Assembly: GCA_963807605.1 (NCBI GenBank) | Contig: CAWECG010000003.1 | Location: forward strand, 832,001-896,000 | Source of the DNA: Candidatus Bathyarchaeota archaeon | GTDB lineage: Archaea > Thermoproteota > Bathyarchaeia > 40CM-2-53-6 > RBG-13-38-9 | Length of the DNA stretch: 64,000 nucleotides | Direction of reading: 5' to 3' | In this document: one piece after another, positions 59,452 to 64,000 of the stretch | Position numbering within the stretch: the first letter of the stretch is position 1 | How the letters are laid out: each line of letters begins with the position of its first letter | Made by a program: the position numbers and the translations under genes | The notes under the pieces: model-generated | Seen by the model: only the letters and a program-made list of their open reading frames with translations | Database searches by the model: none | What the model was told of the DNA's origin: nothing

Positions 59452-61002
59452 ATGAACCTTGAGAGTATAATAAAGAGGATGTTGGAGCACAGGAAAGACC
59501 TCAGAAGGGAGAAATTACTAGAGCTAATAGAAAAAAAGAAGGTCGAAGCGCAAGGCTTACTTTCTGATGAGGGAGCCGCGAGACTCGTAGCTCAAGATTT
59601 ACTGATTAAGTTAAATGGGAGAAGCTTCAGCGAAGTCAAGATAGCAGACCTTGTAACTAACTTGAATGATGTAACACTAACCAGTAGAGTGATCGCACAA
59701 TGGCCTCTTCAGGAGTTCCAAAAGAAGGACGGAACTCTTGGGAAGCTACTCAGAGTAGTCCTAGCGGACAAAACTGGCACAATAAAATGCGCGTTATGGA
59801 ATAGCAGGGCTGAGCAGATCGCAACCGTAGGTGAGCTTCAAGGGAGAATAGTTCGGATAGCACACGGATACACCCGTGAGGGTCTACTTGGTGCACCTGA
59901 ACTCAATGGAGGAGATAGGTGCGATATCACGATAATGCCCTCAGATTCAGAGGAAGATTACCCTGACGTTTCTGGATTCTTCAGAGGTCTTCATGATATA
60001 AAGTTGGGCGACGGAGACATTAACGTTGTTGGAGTAGTCGATCTGCCCCCTAAGATAACGACATTCCGAAGGAATGAACAGGAAGGAAGTGTGCTTAGGA
60101 CAGTCCTCAAAGATGAGGCTGGAACAATCAATGTGGTTGCTTGGAATGACCAAGTGCAAAGCTTGGTCAAACTCAAAAAAGGCGACATCCTTCAGATCGT
60201 AAGTGGTCGGGTAAAGGCGGGTTTGTCCGGATCCCCAGAAGTACACTTAAGGAATGGAAGCGTAGTAAATGTATTGAAAGAGAAACCGCCATTTCTCAAA
60301 GTGAAACCGGTAAGATACTGCAAGACCTCGGATCTAAAGCCAAACAGAGATTTATCGCTGCTCGTCAGAGTCCTAAATTTGGGTAAGGTTAGGGAGTTCG
60401 CAAAGACAGATGGTGGAATGAGCCGTTACGGGAGTCTGCTTGTAGGAGACGAGACAGGACTTGTTAGGCTTTTTCTCTGGGATGATAAAACGAAACTCAT
60501 AAGCATGGTACGTATGGGTACTATCCTTCTTGTGGAGGGAGGGCAGGCAAAGGAGAAAGGGGGAGAGATATTTGTCGCCGTTGGTAATTCTGGAAGTCTA
60601 ACGATCGATCCACAGCTGGATGACGCAAGGACACTCAGCTATCCAAAGCAAGTAGCCCTCGGCCAAGCAGACAATTTCTCGAGACCTATCATTATTAAGG
60701 GCACTATTTCCCAAGATGTGGAGCTAAGGAATGTTCAGATTGCAAGCGGTGAAAACATTGAGGTCGCAACTTTGATACTGAGTGATGGTAGTGGTAGGGC
60801 TAGGGTCTCTCTGTGGAGGGAACTTGCTCAAAAGGCCAGCAACTTAAAAACGGGTATGGAGATAAAAATCATTGGCGTACAACCAAGGTCCAGTTTGTCA
60901 GGCGAAGTAATAATGACCTCAAACGATTTGACCTTACTCGAAATCGTTGATCGTGATCATCGGAGCCTAGGCGATGACGGATTGATCAGCCACTACACCT
61001 AG
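59452..61002 (+). CDS. rpa: Replication protein A (multi-OB-fold ssDNA-binding protein)
   Basis: Four D.TG/SG...(L)W OB repeats after an N-terminal GLLSDEGAARLVA domain. Confidence 0.88.
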   Translation: MNLESIIKRMLEHRKDLRREKLLELIEKKKVEAQGLLSDEGAARLVAQDLLIKLNGRSFSEVKIADLVTNLNDVTLTSRVIAQWPLQEFQKKDGTLGKLLRVVLADKTGTIKCALWNSRAEQIATVGELQGRIVRIAHGYTREGLLGAPELNGGDRCDITIMPSDSEEDYPDVSGFFRGLHDIKLGDGDINVVGVVDLPPKITTFRRNEQEGSVLRTVLKDEAGTINVVAWNDQVQSLVKLKKGDILQIVSGRVKAGLSGSPEVHLRNGSVVNVLKEKPPFLKVKPVRYCKTSDLKPNRDLSLLVRVLNLGKVREFAKTDGGMSRYGSLLVGDETGLVRLFLWDDKTKLISMVRMGTILLVEGGQAKEKGGEIFVAVGNSGSLTIDPQLDDARTLSYPKQVALGQADNFSRPIIIKGTISQDVELRNVQIASGENIEVATLILSDGSGRARVSLWRELAQKASNLKTGMEIKIIGVQPRSSLSGEVIMTSNDLTLLEIVDRDHRSLGDDGLISHYT

Positions 61003-61732
61003 CGTTGACCTCTAACCTACCATACACCTCATCATTGCTCCAATATATCTCTCCGGCTCTGCGATGACTCTGATACCAATTACAGCAATGTCCCAGCAGG
61101 CATACTAAACATCGGGGTCTGATAGGTCGACAGACTCTCTGACCGAATTTCACAAACTCTTCGTTCAGGTCCAGCCAGAATCGTTTCTCAACACTTTTAC
61201 GTAGCTCAAATTCGGTCTGTTCAGCGGTCTTTGTCTTAACTATAGCTAGCCGGTTCGCTATTCTGTGTACATGAGTGTCTACTGCAATTGCTGCGATACG
61301 GAAGCCGTAGGTCAGGACACAGTTGGCTGTCTTACGACCAACTGACGGAAGTTCAAGCAACTCGTTAGGATCCCTTGGCACGATGCCTCCGTGTTCCTTC
61401 AAGAGTACCTTCGCAACGGATATTATTGACTTAGCTTTCATATGGTAGAACCCTGAAGAGTGAATTAACTTCTCTACGTGCTTTGCATCTGCATTCGCCA
61501 GACTCTCAACGTCAGGGTAATGGAAAAAGAGTTGATCTGAAGCCCTTCGTGTATTCTCATCCTTTGTTCGTTGTGACAGTATAGTTGTTATCAGAACCTT
61601 GAATGGATCTGCGTCTGATTCTGAAGATACCTCCTGCAGAACCGTGGTTTGCTTCGGCTCTGTCAGGCGATTCATCTTCTGTAGGAGTCTGAAGATTTCC
61701 GAAAAGCTACACCGCAATATGTGGATGCTCAC
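60986..61732 (-). CDS. nth: Endonuclease III
   Basis: DPFKVLI.TILSQRT.D, HhH LPSVGRKTA, AVDTHVHRI.NR, C.P..P.C..C.....C. Confidence 0.95.
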   Translation of the reverse strand: MSIHILRCSFSEIFRLLQKMNRLTEPKQTTVLQEVSSESDADPFKVLITTILSQRTKDENTRRASDQLFFHYPDVESLANADAKHVEKLIHSSGFYHMKAKSIISVAKVLLKEHGGIVPRDPNELLELPSVGRKTANCVLTYGFRIAAIAVDTHVHRIANRLAIVKTKTAEQTEFELRKSVEKRFWLDLNEEFVKFGQRVCRPIRPRCLVCLLGHCCNWYQSHRRAGEIYWSNDEVYGRLEVNARCSG

Positions 61733-62805
61733 CGTTTTAGTTTATAGTCACTTCGAAGCTTCGCAAGAAGATTTGGTCTCTGTGGATACAATCGCTTCAA
61801 CCGTTTCTCCTTTCTTGTTGAGATGATGTACCCAAACAGAATTGGAGCTGCAATAGTTGCATCTGCATAAACAACCACATTATTACTGGATTCATGCGGA
61901 TTGACTTTTCCCCACGATATTGCCTCTTGGAAGGTTGCGCCTGAAAGACCGCCCCACTGCGGAGAAGATGTGGTTATTTGAATTAGAAAGTCTTGACCCC
62001 CTCCCCCAACATCCAAGATCTGCGATAATTGAGGTTGTGTCTGAAGGTAGAAATTCTTGGGTGAACCCCCTCCTATCTCTACACCACCGTTCTTTCTACT
62101 TCCATATACTATTGCAGTCATCTCCATCACATCTAGGTCTGGATCCACTGTGACTGTACCTCCACTCATTTTTGCTGCGCTTAGGTTCATACCTATTGAA
62201 GAATCCCCAGGGGAAGATGTGTAAATTGGAACATCATATTTCACCGCTTGGGCGACTATAGATCTCTGTGGATGTCTTGCTTTATCAATAGCAGTTTCAC
62301 CGATCATTCGGTGGAGTTCTGCTGTTGATAATGGCTTGCTCGGTTTTGATGAGAGGAAAACGTCTCTAAGGAACTTGTCGGTCTCGAGCAGGGCTTCCTC
62401 TGGAATAAATATATCGTAAATTCTTACAATCCCCCTTTCTCTGAGTTGGACATCATTAGCTCTGAAATCTCCTTGGTATACGGGAAGATCAAGTGCGAAA
62501 TGCAAGTTGTGATAGAGATTGGCTCCAGTCGATACTATGAAGTCAATAAAGCCGTACTCCATGAGTTTGATTATCGGGCCACCCATGCCAGCTGGTGCCA
62601 TGGCACCAGCTAACGTTAGCGCGATTGTGGCATCCTCATCGAGCATCTTCTCATACAGTTTACATGCCTCATAGAGTCTACCTGCATTGTAGGCACGGGA
62701 ATCTCCAAACATATTGACTAACTCATCTATCGTCATGTGTGGCGTCAAGTTAAGTGGGAATATTTGTTTGCCTAACATAGAACACCGCCTGATGGTCTTC
62801 TTCAC
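61729..62805 (-). CDS. Deoxyhypusine synthase / homospermidine synthase-like protein
   Basis: LAGAM.PAGM, STGANLYH, RIYD, DSSIG, IGGGSPKNF, GGLSGAT..EAISWGKV, DATIA. Confidence 0.9.
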   Translation of the reverse strand: MKKTIRRCSMLGKQIFPLNLTPHMTIDELVNMFGDSRAYNAGRLYEACKLYEKMLDEDATIALTLAGAMAPAGMGGPIIKLMEYGFIDFIVSTGANLYHNLHFALDLPVYQGDFRANDVQLRERGIVRIYDIFIPEEALLETDKFLRDVFLSSKPSKPLSTAELHRMIGETAIDKARHPQRSIVAQAVKYDVPIYTSSPGDSSIGMNLSAAKMSGGTVTVDPDLDVMEMTAIVYGSRKNGGVEIGGGSPKNFYLQTQPQLSQILDVGGGGQDFLIQITTSSPQWGGLSGATFQEAISWGKVNPHESSNNVVVYADATIAAPILFGYIISTRKEKRLKRLYPQRPNLLAKLRSDYKLKR

Positions 62806-63033
62806 TATTCAACTACACCTTTACTATAAATATCTGAAAGGTTGTCTCTTGTCTGCCCGATCCAAACAATGAGGTGGACCAATTTCTGAAGCTCGAACTT
62901 GGAGGGGTGTTATGACGCCAGAGATCTTGTGTCAATTTTGAAAAGAATTCAATGGACCTCATGCAACTCGATGGGAGATTGGAAACAATTAAGTTAGACC
63001 ATCCTCAATGGCCTTAATGGGATGGTGAGAAAG

Positions 63034-63198
63034 ATGGCGTCCAAAACCACGAAGGTTGAGATAAAGGTCGATGGGAGGGCAATATCGGTGAATAGGTTTG
63101 TGCAAAAGATAATCTGGAACATTCTTGTTGGAATGTTAGATTCACTTCGAGAAGTCGACAACTGGAAAGAGGTCACGATCTCATTAAGAAGGTCTTAG
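63034..63198 (+). CDS. 54-aa protein resembling the C-terminal domain of archaeal MobB; absent from the ORF track
   Basis: MASKTTKVEIKVDGRAISVNRFVQKIIWNILVGMLDSLREVDNWKEVTISLRRS; GGTGA upstream. Confidence 0.6.
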   Translation: MASKTTKVEIKVDGRAISVNRFVQKIIWNILVGMLDSLREVDNWKEVTISLRRS

Positions 63199-63206
63199 AG
63201 GTGGGG

Positions 63207-63456
63207 GTACACGTACCTAATATCAAACTAGTCGGCATGTTCAAGACTAGAGTCAGAAAAGGTTAGAAAAACAGCTAGCAAGATTCAGGTTCCTATATGT
63301 CATTCAAGAAAACGCGGTGGAAATTTAGGCTGGTTCGGACATGGTCAGATGATGAAGGAATTTGAGAAAGCCACTTTTGGTTTAGAGAAAGGACAAGTGA
63401 CAGAGGAGCCTATCAAGACGCAGTTTGGTTATCATATAATCAAGAGGCTTAAATGA
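63207..63456 (+). pseudogene. Parvulin-type peptidyl-prolyl isomerase with degraded 5' half
   Basis: Intact [38 protein letters not shown]; upstream part frameshifted. Confidence 0.75.
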
Positions 63457-63617
63457 AGCCAAAGATGGGGTCTACTTTCTAGCGGGCTCGACAAGCAGCA
63501 AGATGTTCATGAGACCTCTTTTATGTAAGAATAGTTTCTTCTGCGTAATTTCCGTATGGTGAAAGACTTCCATGGTAGCAAATCAAGTTTCACTACCTGA
63601 GGTGAGGCAGACCAACA

Positions 63618-64000
63618 TTGCGTGACGGAATCTTGGTCAAGTGTGGCGTGCACATTTCTATAGCCGGAGCAGTTGATAGGGCAGTCGATCGGGCCAAAGA
63701 GAAGACATGTGACACATTTCAGGTGTTCACACGTAATCCTCGCAGTTGGAAATCTAAGAAACTCAAGCCTCATGAGGTGAATCTATTCAAAGAGAAACTG
63801 AAGGACTCTGGAATTCGGCCGGTAGTTGCACATATGCCGTATTTGGCTAATCTCTCATGTCCCAAACAGACTACCTACAGGAAGTCCGTTAAGACGTTGA
63901 TAGAGGAACTTGATAGGTGCAACGCACTTGGTATTCCATATATTGTGACTCATCTAGGAAGTCACCTTGGGAAAGGTCGAAAGGTTGGGCTTGAGCGGCT
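63618..64000 (+). CDS. nfo: Endonuclease IV, runs off the window end
   Basis: GVHISIAG, FQVFTRNPRSW, VAHMPYLANL, THLGSHLG. Confidence 0.93.
   Translation, partial: MRDGILVKCGVHISIAGAVDRAVDRAKEKTCDTFQVFTRNPRSWKSKKLKPHEVNLFKEKLKDSGIRPVVAHMPYLANLSCPKQTTYRKSVKTLIEELDRCNALGIPYIVTHLGSHLGKGRKVGLER

Noticed and set aside
62994-63773. Minus-strand ORFs 62994..63176 and 63507..63773
   Set aside because: Shadows of plus-strand genes (MobB-C-like protein and nfo)

Overview
Archaeal chromosomal segment, most consistent with a TACK lineage such as Bathyarchaeia (inferred from PolD DP1/DP2, Orc1/Cdc6, Elf1, Alba, Sec61-beta, RPA and a multi-intron tRNA). The first ~27 kb is an accessory, partly decayed redox/cofactor region. 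It holds a Tat-linked PaoABC-like molybdoflavoenzyme with a NapH-like membrane polyferredoxin, a reductive-dehalogenase-like protein, a corrinoid protein, two MtaA/UroD-family paralogs, repeated small Ig-like and NTF2-like membrane proteins, a TlpA-VKOR pair, a class II RNR and several gene remnants. The rest is mostly core genome around a probable replication origin (ORB-like repeats at ~45.6-46.05 kb), plus a small plasmid/virus-like parA cassette with a 3 x 28-bp repeat array. The strongest novel signal is a 32-nt intron (43125-43156) with a bulge-helix-bulge-like motif inside the protein-coding gene nadE. Cleaving it at the standard tRNA-splicing-endonuclease positions exactly restores the conserved G-Y-F-T-K-x-G-D motif. 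All assignments come from reading the sequence; no searches or folding programs were run.
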